A stretch of DNA of 63,534 nucleotides, counting the filler, from Octopus bimaculoides (taxonomy: Eukaryota), in assembly GCF_001194135.2 (NCBI RefSeq). It is 6 parts of 6 records of this genome, joined end to end, with 100 filler letters (N's around TTAATTAATTAA, not from the genome) between each part and the next. Parts side by side here need not be neighbours in the genome. Positions count along the whole stretch, not along the records: positions 21,152 to 35,160 come from NC_068998.1; positions 35,261 to 49,086 come from NC_068996.1; 4 more parts are not named here. One strand, written 5' to 3'. Both the position numbers and the translations under genes were made by a program. Below, in pieces: positions 24,752 through 37,997 of the stretch. The notes beneath the pieces are model-generated. The model was not told the origin of the DNA and searched no databases. It worked only from the letters and a program-made list of their open reading frames with translations. The first letter of the stretch is position 1; every line of letters starts with the position of its first letter.

Positions 24752-25744
24752 CGTCAGTTACGACAAGGAGTGTTCCAGTTGATCCGATCGACGGAACAGC
24801 CTGCCTGTGAACTTAAACTGCAAGTGGTTGAGCACACCGTAGACACGATTGTGACACGACTGGTCTTTTGAGTTACAGGTACAACTAACTTTGCCAGCTG
24901 AGTACACTGGAGCAACGTGAAGTAAAGCGTCTTGCTCAAGGACACAACGTGCCGGCGAGTATCGAATTTACTGTGGCAACTATAATCTACAACTTAAAGC
25001 TATAACAATATACCGTGGAGGTAAATAGTCGTAGAGACATAGGTGATGGACCCTGGATTAAAATTTGAAACCGTTTCGCGTTGTTTTGGAAATCTTAACA
25101 AAGTACATCAAGCTAGCGAATAATCTAATTATTCTGTAATCCCGTTGTGAAGAACAGTAAGCTGTAGGCTGTACCTACCAAAGGTTTTCAATGAGAACTA
25201 GCGAAACCAAGACAGCCAATGTTATGTGTCGTCTCCCAAGATGCAGCACAATATATAAACTAGAACATATTTATTTATTCATATTATTGTGCAACCGGTG
25301 AATAATAGAGTCGTTTCGAACGGGACAATGAACGGTTTTCCTTCGTTCTGATGTTTCATTTGTCGAAAATCTCTAAATCCACTTTTAAGTAGTGATGCTA
25401 CCACTGACATTCTGTAGTTATGCGGATGTCCACAATCTCCAAGCAGGTGTATGTATTTGTTTGTGTGTATTTTATGTAAACTGACGCAATGTATCTACTG
25501 TATATTCCATCTGAAATGGAATTGCATTAGTATAGTTTGGGAAATTAAGTTTTACAATTGAGTAGTTATCTAGATCTTAAATTTCTTAACGTTTCCCGAT
25601 TATGGCCATTAGAAATTCTATATCGTCTGCGTATCTTGTGTTTGTGTTTAGTCATTATTTGTTTTCTAGTACAGTTAGGAATGTAGGGAGTTCAAGAGAA
25701 GACAATTCTTGGATTTTGAAGTTATCTAGATTGGTCAGTGTGTG

Positions 25745-26085
25745 TGTATATCCTGAGACCCCCTTCGGTCATGACTGACCATGGGATTGCACCTAGAAAG
25801 TTACCCTCCCAGGCACAAGTCCGGGCAAGGTTGTTTATGGAAGACCATCAGTCGCCCATGCATACCGGCCTCCCCTCTCGACGCCACCAGTGTTATCCAA
25901 GGGAAAGGCAAAGGGGCCGATACAGCTTGGCACCTGTGACGTCGCATCTAATTTCTACAGTTGAGTGAACTGGAGCAACGTGAAATAAAGTGTCTTGCTC
26001 AAGAACACAACACGCAGCCCGGTTCGGGATTCGAACTCACAACCTCACAATCGTAAGCTCGACGCTCTAACCACTGAGCCATGTG
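25745..26085 (-). mobile_element. tRNA-headed SINE with an RTE-derived tail
   Basis: tRNA-like head (reverse complement of gattcgaactc...ctctaaccactgagcc) and a gcaatcccatggtcagtcatgaccgaag tail. Confidence 0.75.
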
Positions 26086-26141
26086 TATATAACCGTAGAT
26101 AAAAATATGTATATGTGTGTGTATAGATACTTATACATATA

Positions 26142-26178
<37 letters not shown>

Positions 26179-28311
26179 TTATGTATTATATATATATTAT
26201 GTATATATATATACATATGTGCATTAATTGTATTTTTATATTGTATATGCATTATATATTCTTTTTTCGTTGTTTTTTTAATCGGTAGAAAGTTATAAAA
26301 GTGATTCAAGTAGTTAGAGTTTCGTGCCTGTCATTTACAAACTGACTTCAAAATTGAGAGTTCGTTGCTTTTATTGGGTGAAAATAATTCTTTCTGGAAT
26401 GTTTGATTACAGTCACGTGAAAATTGTGAATTTTCAATTAACCTACCCGAAACATCTTTGAGAGAAGATGGAAAGCAGAGAAAAAGCAAATCTTCGTTTT
26501 TTTTTTCTTTCTTCCAAACCTATCCATTGTTTTAATCGGCAGAGTATTTAAGAACTCCCTGAATTCAAGCGACTCTTCAACATTTTTTTATTATCGATTA
26601 TTCTAGAAAATGTTAAACTCAGTTTGATTGCTCCTTTGTACGAAATTGAGTCACTTCTGCAGCTTTCTGTCGATTGAACATTTTAAGAAAAGTACTCATG
26701 TATATGTATATATATTTATATATATATTTATATATGTATATATATTTATATACTTCTATTTGTTCTACTTATTCTACCGAACCTCATATGTATGTTAGCT
26801 TTTTATAATATAATATTCGTATAAACTACACGTACATACGTTATAAAATATACATTATATGTGTATTAGAATGTGTGTAGGGGGTGAGTGTGCGGTGTGT
26901 AAATTCATTTTGACAAGTAATCGATCCGCGAGCAGTTTGAAATCGAAGCCCAGTGATAAGAGAAAAAAAACAAAAAGGAAAAGAAACACCAACACAAACG
27001 ATTGAAGACTACAGGATTTAAATTCCTTTTTAGGGAAAAACTATTTTAATTCAGTGAAATACATGAAAATTTATTTCGGATGGCGGTAATGTGTACAATC
27101 GATTCCATAATTTGCAATAATTCTTCCATCTGTAAACAGAAAAAAAGAAAAAGAATGTTGTTAGTCTCGAAACAAAACAAAACAAAAAACAAAAAGCCCG
27201 ACTTGTTTCGGCAAAAGGGTTCGATAGAATAAGCATTAGATTAAAAAAATAAGGCCTGGGGTCGATTTGTTCGACTAAAATCCTTCAAGGCGGTGCTCCA
27301 GCATGGCCGCAGTCGAATAACTGAAACAAATAAAAGAATTTAATCACNNNNNNNNNNNNNNNNNNNNNNNNNNNNNNNNNNNNNNNNNNNNNNNNNNNNN
27401 NNNNNNNNNNNNNNNNNNNNNNNNNNNNNNNNNNNNNNNNNNNNNNNNNNNNNNNNNNNNNNNNNNNNNNNNNNNNNNNNNNNNNNNNNNNNNNNNNNNN
27501 NNNNNNNNNNNNNNNNNNNNNNNNNNNNNNNNNNNNNNNNNNNNNNNNNNNNNNNNNNNNNNNNNNNNNNNNNNNNNNNNNNNNNNNNNNNNNNNNNNNN
27601 NNNNNNNNNNNNNNNNNNNNNNNNNNNNNNNNNNNNNNNNNNNNNNNNNNNNNNNNNNNNNNNNNNNNNNNNNNNNNNNNNNNNNNNNNNNNNNNNNNNN
27701 NNNNNNNNNNNNNNNNNNNNNNNNNNNNNNNNNNNNNNNNNNNNNNNNNNNNNNNNNNNNNNNNNNNNNNNNNNNNNNNNNNNNNNNNNNNNNNNNNNNN
27801 NNNNNNNNNNNNNNNNNNNNNNNNNNNNNNNNNNNNNNNNNNNNNNNNNNNNNNNNATAAAATCACCATTGCCAGATTTAAAACTGTTTAAGTAAAGGCT
27901 GTCTTTTGGTAAATTTCTTGATTTATTTCACGTAGAGGGCATCTATATTTTGATTTTTGGCTTGTGATTTACTTTTTCTTTTTTTTATATAGTTTCAGCT
28001 CAGAACTGCGGCCATCCTGATGCACCGCCGTTAAGAAAGAGTACAGCAGGGTTCGCCATAACCCCCTGCCGGTGTTTCGTGGAGCTTTAGATGTTTTCGC
28101 TCAATAAACACTCACAACGCCCGGTATGGGAATCGAAACCGCGATCCTACGACCACAAGTCCGCTGCCCTAACCCCTGGACCATTGCGCCTCCAAAAATC
28201 TTTCATCATTAATTTATTTCGGATGGCTGAAAATGAATCTGTTATATAAATTTGGGGAAAATGTTATCCTTTAGTTTAATTTTACCTTAATTTATTTGAA
28301 AGTCGACGATT

Positions 28312-28506
28312 TCAGTGAGACGAAAGCACGGACGCTCTTCTGTTTTTCAATGCAACGGAGCGCAAAAGACTTGTACAACCTCCAAAAGTATTGCAGAAAA
28401 CTCTTTTTGTCCTGTGATCAAGCAAGCCTTTAACAGCTGAGTCCGATAACTCTGATCTGCGCAGTAGATTTTGCAATTTCATACTCAAGTACTCGGAATC
28501 CTGAGG
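28312..28506 (-). CDS. CCAP: CCAP-type (crustacean cardioactive peptide) neuropeptide precursor, terminal coding exon
   Basis: Long pyrimidine acceptor tttttatttactcttttctactttacag| followed by an open frame, PQDSEYLSMKLQNLLRRSELSDSAVKGLLDHRTKRVFCNTFGGCTSLLRSVALKNRRASVLSSH*. KR-VFCNTFGGC (28375-28401) matches the FCN...GC disulfide ring of CCAP (arthropod PFCNAFTGC; recalled cuttlefish VFCNS(F/Y)GGC type). Missed by the ORF track because it has no long Met-initiated frame. Confidence 0.88.
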   Translation of the reverse strand, partial: PQDSEYLSMKLQNLLRRSELSDSAVKGLLDHRTKRVFCNTFGGCTSLLRSVALKNRRASVLSSH

Positions 28507-30120
28507 CTGTAAAGTAGAAAAGAGTAAATAAAAAATACATTAATTTTATTACGAAAAACCAGAAGAAAACAAAAACTAAATATATATATACACACAAGGG
28601 TTGGTTACGAAGTAAGATTGTATTAAAAGAGGTGTTCAAGTGGGGAACATTGTCATCCATTCTTCCGGTATTGTTAAAATAAAATGCCTACCAACTAATA
28701 TGTATTATATATATATATGTATGTATATACATATATTCATACATATATATACACATACATATATGCACACACAGACACACATGTACGTACGTACGTATGT
28801 ATGTATGTATAGCGTAAAAGTGGCGTATATTCTAGTTGTGCTATATGCACACAACACACCGAGGATGGTAAATCTTTCTCTAAACTAACTCTGTTCTTGT
28901 AGAGTCATAATATAAGCTACTTCGTAATTCGCTTTCAAATCTAATAATACACATCCAGAAACAAGGATTGTTTCATGTTCCAATCGTATTTTATATAGAA
29001 ATTACCTAAAATTTGTATATTTATTTTTGAGTGATACTCATATCAGAATAATAAGTTTGGCACGGCGGCACACCTTGTAACAACAACTGCAATTAGCCTT
29101 ATAAATGATAATATTAGATATTAAATTTTGCGGGTGGATGGGTCTGTTAGCTCTGAGAACGAAACAGAGAAACTGCGGCAAAATTTGGTTATTTGTGGGT
29201 TTTGGAACTGTCTGTTGTAAATCACAATTTGATGGGACAATACAAAGAGGGAGGGAATTCCAGAATTCTAAGGTAGAACATACATGGTTTATATAGAAAT
29301 AAATAACCATAGATTAATGGTTGTGGTGAGATAATGGTACATTAATGCATTTTCCGGAGAAGATTGGGGACAGATGTGAAATGATTGCAAATTGGAATAA
29401 AAGAAGCAAAAAAACTGAACGTAGTGTTTGGTACAGCAGCATTCGTCTTCATTTTCCGAAGATACTCTGGCATTGTAATGATCCGAAACTTTGATCTGAT
29501 TATTTGACAGAATTGTGCTCTACATGGTCCCTCGACCTGCTCTAAATGGTAACAAAATCCCCTTAAAATCACACTCCATGCTCTTAAGAAGTAACACATT
29601 AAATAGTTTAGCCTTAGATATACAAAAGACGAGACTATCTTTGATCCTTTGTTCGGAACTTACTTGAAGCGAATAGCAACAACAATAATCTAACATATAT
29701 AGAGGGAGCCTTGATCTGTTAGAAATAACATCCCACTCTCCCTCGAATCATAGCTTAAGTTATAATAATCTAGTCTTAGAGAGGGACATTATCTTAAGTA
29801 AAACGGAATGGTCATGGTTGACATGTCTTCAGGCGTAGGTTTGCTCAGTTAGATTTGGCTTGAAACGATGGTGTTTGAACCAACGTGAGAGTCACTGTGT
29901 AGGCATCCGACCTACAAGAAATAGGAGCCAATTCTCCTCCAAAATTGCAGCCAATGAAAGAAAACATTGGATTATGTTCTCTGGAATAAAATATGGCATG
30001 GGTATGACTAGAACGTCTTCGTTCATAAGTCTGTCCTGGACTAACCAGAGGATAAAGAACAAGAATAAAAACAGCAACAACGGCATTGACAACAATAACA
30101 ATAACCACAACAATTTCAAC

Positions 30121-30484
30121 AACAGTTATTCAAACCGTTGTTTAAAGAAAAGTTGAACAAATTCGAACGTATTTGAGCTGAATGCAAATGGCGGCTAACA
30201 CGAACAATAACAACAACAATATCAACAACAAGAACATTGACAAACCTATGAAGATACACTTAACACTCTTCTTTTTGTTTTTGTTTTTGTTATTATATTA
30301 TCAACTACATTTCATTATTATGCTGTTACTGTGACATAGTTTTATCCTCCACAATCTTTTTTTTTTCTTTTACATAGAAGCAATTGTCCGAAGCGTCCAT
30401 ATCTTTTCCGTCCCTTCACAGTAAAAGTACATTGGCTGTACAATCGTTTTTATTGTTTTTCTTTCATTCTTTTTTCTTGCCTTC

Positions 30485-30552
<68 letters not shown>

Positions 30553-30909
30553 ATACTTCAATCTTCTTTTGCGATATTCTTTAACCATGCATTTATGATT
30601 TGCAGTTAAGCAATGTCGATTTCGGCATCAAGCCAAGAAAAATCAGTGACTTTATCATTACAACAAAGAAGAATTAATCGCAAGTCACGTTTAAACCAAA
30701 TCCCGCGTGATCTGCTGCAAACGGCATCTGTTTTCCTTCTGAAAGATGATCAAATTACTGAAGCGGCATTTCGATATTTCCATTATTTTAACTTAGAAAA
30801 TCAGTTCCAAGAACAAACTTTTCCGATGAGACTAAACAGGTTATTCAAAGAAAAGTCGAACAAATGCAAACCTACTTCTCGGCTGAATGCAAATGGTGAC
30901 CAACACGAA
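30121..30909 (+). repeat. Local direct duplication of a ~75-85 bp element (30121-30205 and 30836-30909)
   Basis: Both read aacag(g)ttattcaaa...aaagaaaagt.gaacaaat...gctgaatgcaaatgg.g.c.aacacgaa. Confidence 0.75.
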
Positions 30910-31127
30910 TTTAAACTTTACACGTTGTATTTTTTCGGCTACCGTATCATTGTAGACGAAATATCATCTCTGTTTGTCTCGGAAGCTTTTTCCGTGAATT
31001 TAATTATGAAACCGTTATTCTGCTTGTGTCTGTGGAATAAATATTTGCCATTATGACTATCTCCCATTCATCCATTGCCTTGCTGGCAAATAAAAGAAGT
31101 CTATACCATCATCAGCATCAACGTCGT

Positions 31128-31290
31128 CGTCTTCTTCTTCTTCTTCTTCTTCTTCTTCTTCTTCTTCTTCTTCTTCTTCTTCTTCTTCTTCTTCTAATTC
31201 TTCTTCTTCTTCTTCTTCTTCTTCTTCTTCTTCTTCTTCTTCTTCTTCTTCTTCTTCTTCTTCTTCTTCTTCTTCTTCTTCTTCTTCTTC
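31128..31290. repeat. (TTC)n trinucleotide tract
   Basis: Direct reading; the source of the poly-L and poly-E ORFs. Confidence 0.95.
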
Positions 31291-31796
31291 ACCACCACCA
31301 TTTCGTCCGTCTTTATGTTCTGAGTACAAATTCCACCGAGGTTGACTTTGCCTTTCATCCTTTTTAGGATCGATAAAATTAGTACCAGTCGAGTATTGGG
31401 GTCGATACAATTGACTTACCCCTCCCCGAAATTGCTGGCCTTGTGCTAAAATTTAAGTTTTTTGTTGTAAAAACAAACAACAGCGTTTTCTACTAAATAA
31501 ATCAACGGAAAATGTTTCAATACAATCGTATTTACAGTTAAGTGAGGTAACAGGCATCAATACTCTAATTCTTTCGCTAATATATTATAGTTAGAGGAAG
31601 GCAAAGTGAAGCCATCTTCGTATTCTCCCAGGGAAATTCCATGACAAGCATAGAACACTTGTCAAAGAAGTCGCCAGAGGTCGTCCATCAAGTTGGTAGC
31701 GCATCTTCTCTTTATAGAACGAGGAAGACATCACAAACTAACTGAATCGATGTCAATCAAACGAAATACATGTAAACTAGGCATTCGCAAAAATTC

Positions 31797-31865
<69 letters not shown>

Positions 31866-33557
31866 AGTCAATGTAGTGGTATTGAGATACTTTCTAAAAA
31901 ATATAAATATGCATTCTCTGTTCATTCATTGTTGAATAAGAATAAATAAATTCTTAGAAGTTCCAAACGAAAGTACACGGACGATAGTTCCAGGCGAAAA
32001 ACTACAAACGATATATAAGCTGGGCATTTGCTGCAATTCAAAACTAGCTATGAAAAAATGTCGGTCTTGTAGTATTTTGATGCTAACGTTGGTGTTCTAG
32101 AAATCTTGATGTTTCGACGGAACAATCCTTCCGTCAACGAAATACGAGTCGTTTTAACACTCAGATATCAACCAGAACACAAATCTCACGATATCGTCAC
32201 GGTTTTATTTTCTTTCACGAGTATGCTTTCGACAAATAAGCATTCACTATGCATGGTCTGATGGAGATTTGGTTGCTATTTCCAGCAGCCGAGCGACCAC
32301 GTGAAGGTTCTTTCATTGGTTGTCTTAGTGATTCTTGTATTGTCGTTGCCTCGTCCGAGCTCAGAGTATTGATTGTGCAGACCTATGAATCAACGAACTC
32401 CATTTGAGGGCCATCGTTCCCTGGATTATATTATAAAATGTGTCCTTCCATTTTTATAAAGCAGGATCGAATATTTGCTTGTTATTTTTAGCAAATCAAG
32501 CTACTATATAGTACCTCCCTCATGAGTGCTCTCTTTTTTGACTAAAGTTCTTGTTTATTCTATTGATCCTTATTGAGAAGACATTTAAAGGCGCTCCAGC
32601 CGTGACTTTCTCGTCTACTTTTTCTTATTTTTTTAACAGTGTATCTAGGACTACATACAATGTGATCTTTCTTTTTTTTTAATGGCAGAATGTTAAATGA
32701 GGGAAACTTGACTGCTGTTGACTCTATCACATTTATTTCATTCTTGTTAATGTTTAATCCCAGGTCAACTATTATTGGGCAGACCTATAATCATAGACGT
32801 TTCAGCCGTGACCATCTCATCTGCATTTCAGACATTTTTATGTTCTTTACTTTTATTTCATTTTAAATAATAGGGTCAGGGTCAGAGTTTGAGCTCTTAT
32901 TCTTTATTGTATTAGCTAAGTCTGTTGTAAACTTCTAGATGATTCGTAATACATGGGGCTGCCTTGCGAAAATCTCCCAACAAACACGAACGATTTTGTA
33001 TGCTTCATTCAAGAAATAAACGTAGCATCATTTATAATATATTTGTTGCTTTTTAAACAATAGTTTTAGAAGGCTACTGTAACGTTGTGAGGAGGTTAGA
33101 TATCAAAATAGCAAATATATTGAATTATGACCTTAAAATATCTAATGGAACTGATATTTCGGGTAAGAATCCCCTTTGTTATAGTGATTTTGAGTTCCCT
33201 TAGACTTTGGATATGTTTAAAAGAATAAGAAAAAGGGAGAAGGAAGACGCAGAGAAAACAATTCCTCGTTTAGGTTTGGTTCCTTTCTCTTTGTGTTTAT
33301 TTCTGTTCTCTTCTAACACAAATATATGTATGCATGCCTTTGGACAGTTTTATTTCAAGATTTCTTGCCAATAGCGAAAGAGTCGGTTTCTAACCTAGAT
33401 CCAAGGTCCCTTCATTGGAATTTCAACAACAGGGTGTTTTTGTTTGTTTGTATGTATGTGTGCAGATTTGCATGTTTTGCTTTATGTATTCTCATGCATA
33501 GAGTTGCATATCTAGACATGCATGTATGTCAATGAGTAAAGGAACGCTTCATACAGA

Positions 33558-33593
<36 letters not shown>

Positions 33594-34069
33594 GGACACA
33601 CCAGACCCAGAGTAAGAGAGAAAGACTCATAAAAATGGCGGAGGAGGAGGAGGAGTAAATAATGACAAAGTTATTGTGGGTGGAGTTATACAAATGAAAG
33701 ATTTGCTTTATTTAAATTTATTTTAAAGTAGAAAATATTTTTCTTTCGAAAATTATATTCATTTCATCATTTTGTATAAACACAAAGAAATTTGAAAAAA
33801 GTGAAATTTTAATTATTGTATGAATGCCATATTTCCTGATATTACTCTATGGAGACAAAAGTATACTTTCAAAGATACCTGTCATGTAACGGGTAGCACC
33901 CAAGTATGTGTGTGTGTGTGTGTGTGCTTGTGCGCACGCACGCGCGCGTGTGTGTAGGAATAGAGAACAATTGTCTTTGGATTTTTCATTCTTTCTTGAT
34001 AGTTTGTTTTTGTTGCCACAATGGAAGATATATCACCTTTTATGCTTCTTCTAAAGAGTTTGTCTTCTG

Positions 34070-34582
34070 GAGTGTGACTTGCAAAATCCTGTAGGATGTA
34101 ATGATCCAGTGGGATGCAATGGTCCAGTGCGATCACTTGACCAGACATCGGAAACCGGACATTGTTGTGGTGAATAAAAAAGAAAGAACATGCATGATAA
34201 TCGACATAGCATGTCCCGGTGACAACAGGGTCAAGAAGAAAGAAGAAAAATAAACAACTATGACGATTTGAAGTGGGAAATACGAAGGTTGTGGTCAATG
34301 AAGAGAATAGACGTGATACCTATTGGAATTGGTGCTCTTGGAAGTATCAGCACTCAACTAGCAACGTGGCCGAAAAAAATCGGTGAAAGTGTGAAGGTAG
34401 AACACCTCCAAAAACCAGCATTGCTTGGAAGTGCAAGAATACTTCGCAGGGTTCTTGAAGCATGACCAGTAAACAAATGTCACCTTAGTCTGCTGGCTGT
34501 GGACAGCTGATACTTTCTATCATACCCAGCAAAATAAGCTGTGAGTTTTCATACAATAATAATAATAATAATAATAATAATA
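34070..34582 (+). mobile_element. R4/Dong-like (restriction-like endonuclease) non-LTR retrotransposon 3' end
   Basis: HRKPDIVVVNKKERTCMIIDIACPGD..., LKWEIRRLW..IPIGIGALGS..LQKPALLGSARILRRVLEA* (PD..D endonuclease), then a short 3' UTR and a (TAA)n tail. Confidence 0.85.
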
Positions 34583-35160
34583 AGTGTGTATCTATGTGTA
34601 TATGTATGCGTGTGTGTATGTATGTATGGATGTATGTATGTATGTATGTATGTATGTATGTATGTGCGCACATGCATAGATGTTAAAAGTAAAGACACTT
34701 TCAACAAAAACCGCCAGTCCAAAGCAGACAATAAAAAGGAAAGAAGACTTCAGAGACAAACTGATCAAAGTTTGCCTTAATAAGATCGGATTAATTATTT
34801 AGAAATCAATGATGACATAGAAAATAGTGCGACTGGAACGGTGCTGCCAGAAGTGTAAGTTAGACAGACGTCAGCCCAATTTAGTAGTCCTAGATCTTCG
34901 AAACCGGATGTTTCGTTGTCGGACATTTCATCGTTAAGTTACAGAAATTTATCGTTTAAATTTACAGTGTAAATGAAAATAAAGTTAATGAAAATAAGGT
35001 TTTGTTTTTTAAACGATTGAATTTTATTTTCATGAGAAAATAGTTAAAAGTTGAAGTGAATCTAACAGTTTTTTTGGGGTTTTTTTTAGGAAAAAAAGTA
35101 AAATTCAACGAACCAATCCGGTAAAAGTTTGGCGATCAAAAGACTGGACACTACTCTCTA

Positions 35161-35260
35161 NNNNNNNNNNNNNNNNNNNNNNNNNNNNNNNNNNNNNNNN
35201 NNNNTTAATTAATTAANNNNNNNNNNNNNNNNNNNNNNNNNNNNNNNNNNNNNNNNNNNN
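35161..35260. other. Artificial scaffold join
   Basis: 44N-TTAATTAATTAA (35205-35216)-44N. Confidence 0.9.
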
Positions 35261-36289
35261 CATACACAAGCAGCCACATATACAAGTATAGACACAAACA
35301 CTCCTATACACACAAGCAAGCATAAATTCATACGCACAGGCTCACATACATATATACATACAATAGATACATACATGCATGCATGTATGCACACATACAT
35401 GCATACATGCATGCATACATACATGCATGCATGCATATATGCTTGGATGCATACATACATATATACATACATGCACCCATGCATACATACATGCTTGTAA
35501 TGAATACATACAAATATACATATATATACACATATACATACACACACATATATACATACATACACACGTACAAATATACATACATACATGCATATATGCA
35601 TACATATATACATACATACATGTATGTATTTGTGTGTGCATGTGTGTAAACACGCACATATACATACGCACAATGCTTATACGCATCCGTGCAGAAACAC
35701 ACGCATACACCCCACACACACACACATACACACAACGTCATATATGCTTATGCACCCTGTCACGTGAGCACACATACTTATAGACATGCGCAAAATGACA
35801 CTAATTTTGTAGCAAAACTTAGTTCACAAAGTACAGAATCGTTAGCGCATCGAACAAAAACATCTATAGTGACATTTCTTTCTTTCTTTATTTATTTATT
35901 GTTTTCATTTTCGTCTCTTCCCATTCTGAGTTCAATTCCAACCGTGGCCTTCCTTGCTTTTCATCTTTTCGAGGTCGATAAAATGAAGTACCAGTCGAAT
36001 GTATTCGAGTAACCTGCTCCAACTAAATTTGTTAGTATTGTGTCAAAATTAGAAACAAAAAAAAAAATGTTCCTACACACACACACACANNNNNNNNNNN
36101 NNNNNNNNNNNNNNNNNNNNNNNNNNNNNNNNNNNNNNNNNNNNNNNNNNNNNNNNNNNNNNNNNNNNNNNNNNNNNNNNNNNNNNNNNNNNNNNNNNNN
36201 NNNNNNNNNNNNNNNNNNNNNNNNNNNNNNNNNNNNATAAATGTACACAGATACAAACATTTTCATGCAGATATTGGCATGAAGTTGTG

Positions 36290-36640
36290 ACACAAGGCCA
36301 GCAAGAATGCGTCGACGCCAGTGCTCGACTGGTTCTTATTTTATCGACCCCGAAAGAGTGAAAGGCAGCGTCGACTGGTGCCGTATTTGAATTCAGGACC
36401 TAAAGTCGGAAAAAAATCAACAACACATTTTGTCCTGCGCGCTAACGATTTTCAACTCTAGGCACAAGGCCTGAAATTAGATCGATCAAAGTGCGCAACT
36501 GCTACTTAATTTATCGACCCCGAAAGGATGAAAGGTAAAGTCGACCTCGGCGGAATTTGATCTCAGAACGTAAAAACAGACGAAATACCGCTAAGCATTT
36601 CACCCAGCATGCTAACGATTCTGACAGCTCACTTCCTTAG
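36290..36640 (-). mobile_element. Two head-to-tail SINE family D copies
   Basis: Two successive ttatcgaccccgaaag...gaaagg...gtcgac cores. Confidence 0.75.
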
Positions 36641-37469
36641 TTTGCTGTCTTAATAATAATAACACTATATAACATGATTTTTGTCCTTGGGTAGCAACTG
36701 TTATTTTCTATTTGCTTACCCTTAGAAAGTATTAAAAATGGCTAATATTTCCTTCAAACTTTGCTTTTGTACCGATATTTATTCAAACCCCACCAAAATT
36801 CCTCTCAATATATGGCAATAATTCCTCGCCTTGTCTTCTCCTGCTCATGATCAGAGGTGCACATATAGTCAGCCACTAAGGGACATGCTCAAGTGGTTAT
36901 GGTCAAACAAATTACAGGCAAATCTGTGATATTGAGCAGAATATTTACTATAACGATATTTCTGCTTCAGCAACTCAACGCTGAATCTGTCTGAAATGTA
37001 ATGGAAAATAGATCAGCTTCAAAACATTGATGTCTGAGTCACAAAAAACAAAGTGTGAAGAGAATGGTAGTGATTTCCTTTGGTTTCTAGATAGAAGCAA
37101 TTAGGAAATATTTCTCACTGACCAAAGACACGAAAATAATTAAAATTTTGTTCCACATATTGGGAACACACAAAATCTTATGTGTACACATCAGCAAAAA
37201 GTGTCTTTCAATCTCTTCTGCTGCCGCCTGTGTGCATCTACTATTCCTTCTTCTCCTCCTCTTCTTTCTTCCCAACTGCTTCCCTCTCCTCTTCTTCTTT
37301 CTATTCTGTATGTTTTCCTTTATCCCCTAACACTAACTTTTTTCTTTCTTTCTCCTCCAATCAAACATTAAACGCCATCTTTCTGGCCATTCTCTTCCTC
37401 CGTCTCTCTTTCTTTTCTCCATCTCCCTCATTCAACTTCTGCACTTACAGCACCACCACATTTGATCGT

Positions 37470-37725
37470 CGCTCTTCTTCTTTTTCTTCTTCTTCTTCTT
37501 CTTCTTCTTCTTCTTCTTCTTCTTCTTCTTCGTCTTCTTCTTCTTCTTCTTCTTCTTCTTCTCCTCCTCCTTCTTCTTCTTTTTCTTCTTCTTCTTCTTC
37601 TTTTTCTTCTTCTTTTTCTTCTTCTTCTTCTTCTTCTTCTTCTTCTTCTTCTTCTTCTTCTTCTTCTTCTTCTTCTTCTTCTTCTTCTTCTTCTTCTTCC
37701 AATTCTTCTTCTTCTTCTTCTTCAG
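37470..37725. repeat. (TTC)n-rich tract
   Basis: Direct reading; the source of the poly-S, -E, -K and -L ORFs. Confidence 0.95.
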
Positions 37726-37997
37726 CGATACTGAACCCGGAACCATGTGGTTGGGAAGCAAGCTTCTCACAGCACAGCCATCATCATCATCATCATCATC
37801 ATCATCATTTAACATCTATTTTTCAAGCTGGCATGGGTTGGACGGTGTAACAGAAGCCGGCAAAGCAGAAAGTTACACGAGAATCCAATTCTGTTTCGGC
37901 AAAGTTTCTACGGCAAGAAAGTTTGTCAAAACTTCACAGAGTGTACTGGATGTTTGTTTTTTTTTTGTTTTTCTTTTCCGTGGCACCAGCACAGAAT

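Noticed and set aside
29040-29600. Protein-like fragments (ILRVDGSVS..., EDWDRCEMIANW...)
   Set aside because: Interrupted by stops in every frame, with no convincing splice sites or family motif.
30613-31056. 147-aa plus-strand ORF
   Set aside because: No homology recognised. It spans the duplicated non-coding element and is antisense to the presumed CCAP intron.
32100-32150. Hairpin gacggaa/ttccgtc followed by GAAACATC on the minus strand (similar motifs near 34890-34930 and 42865-42890)
   Set aside because: No CUGANGA core in the right position.
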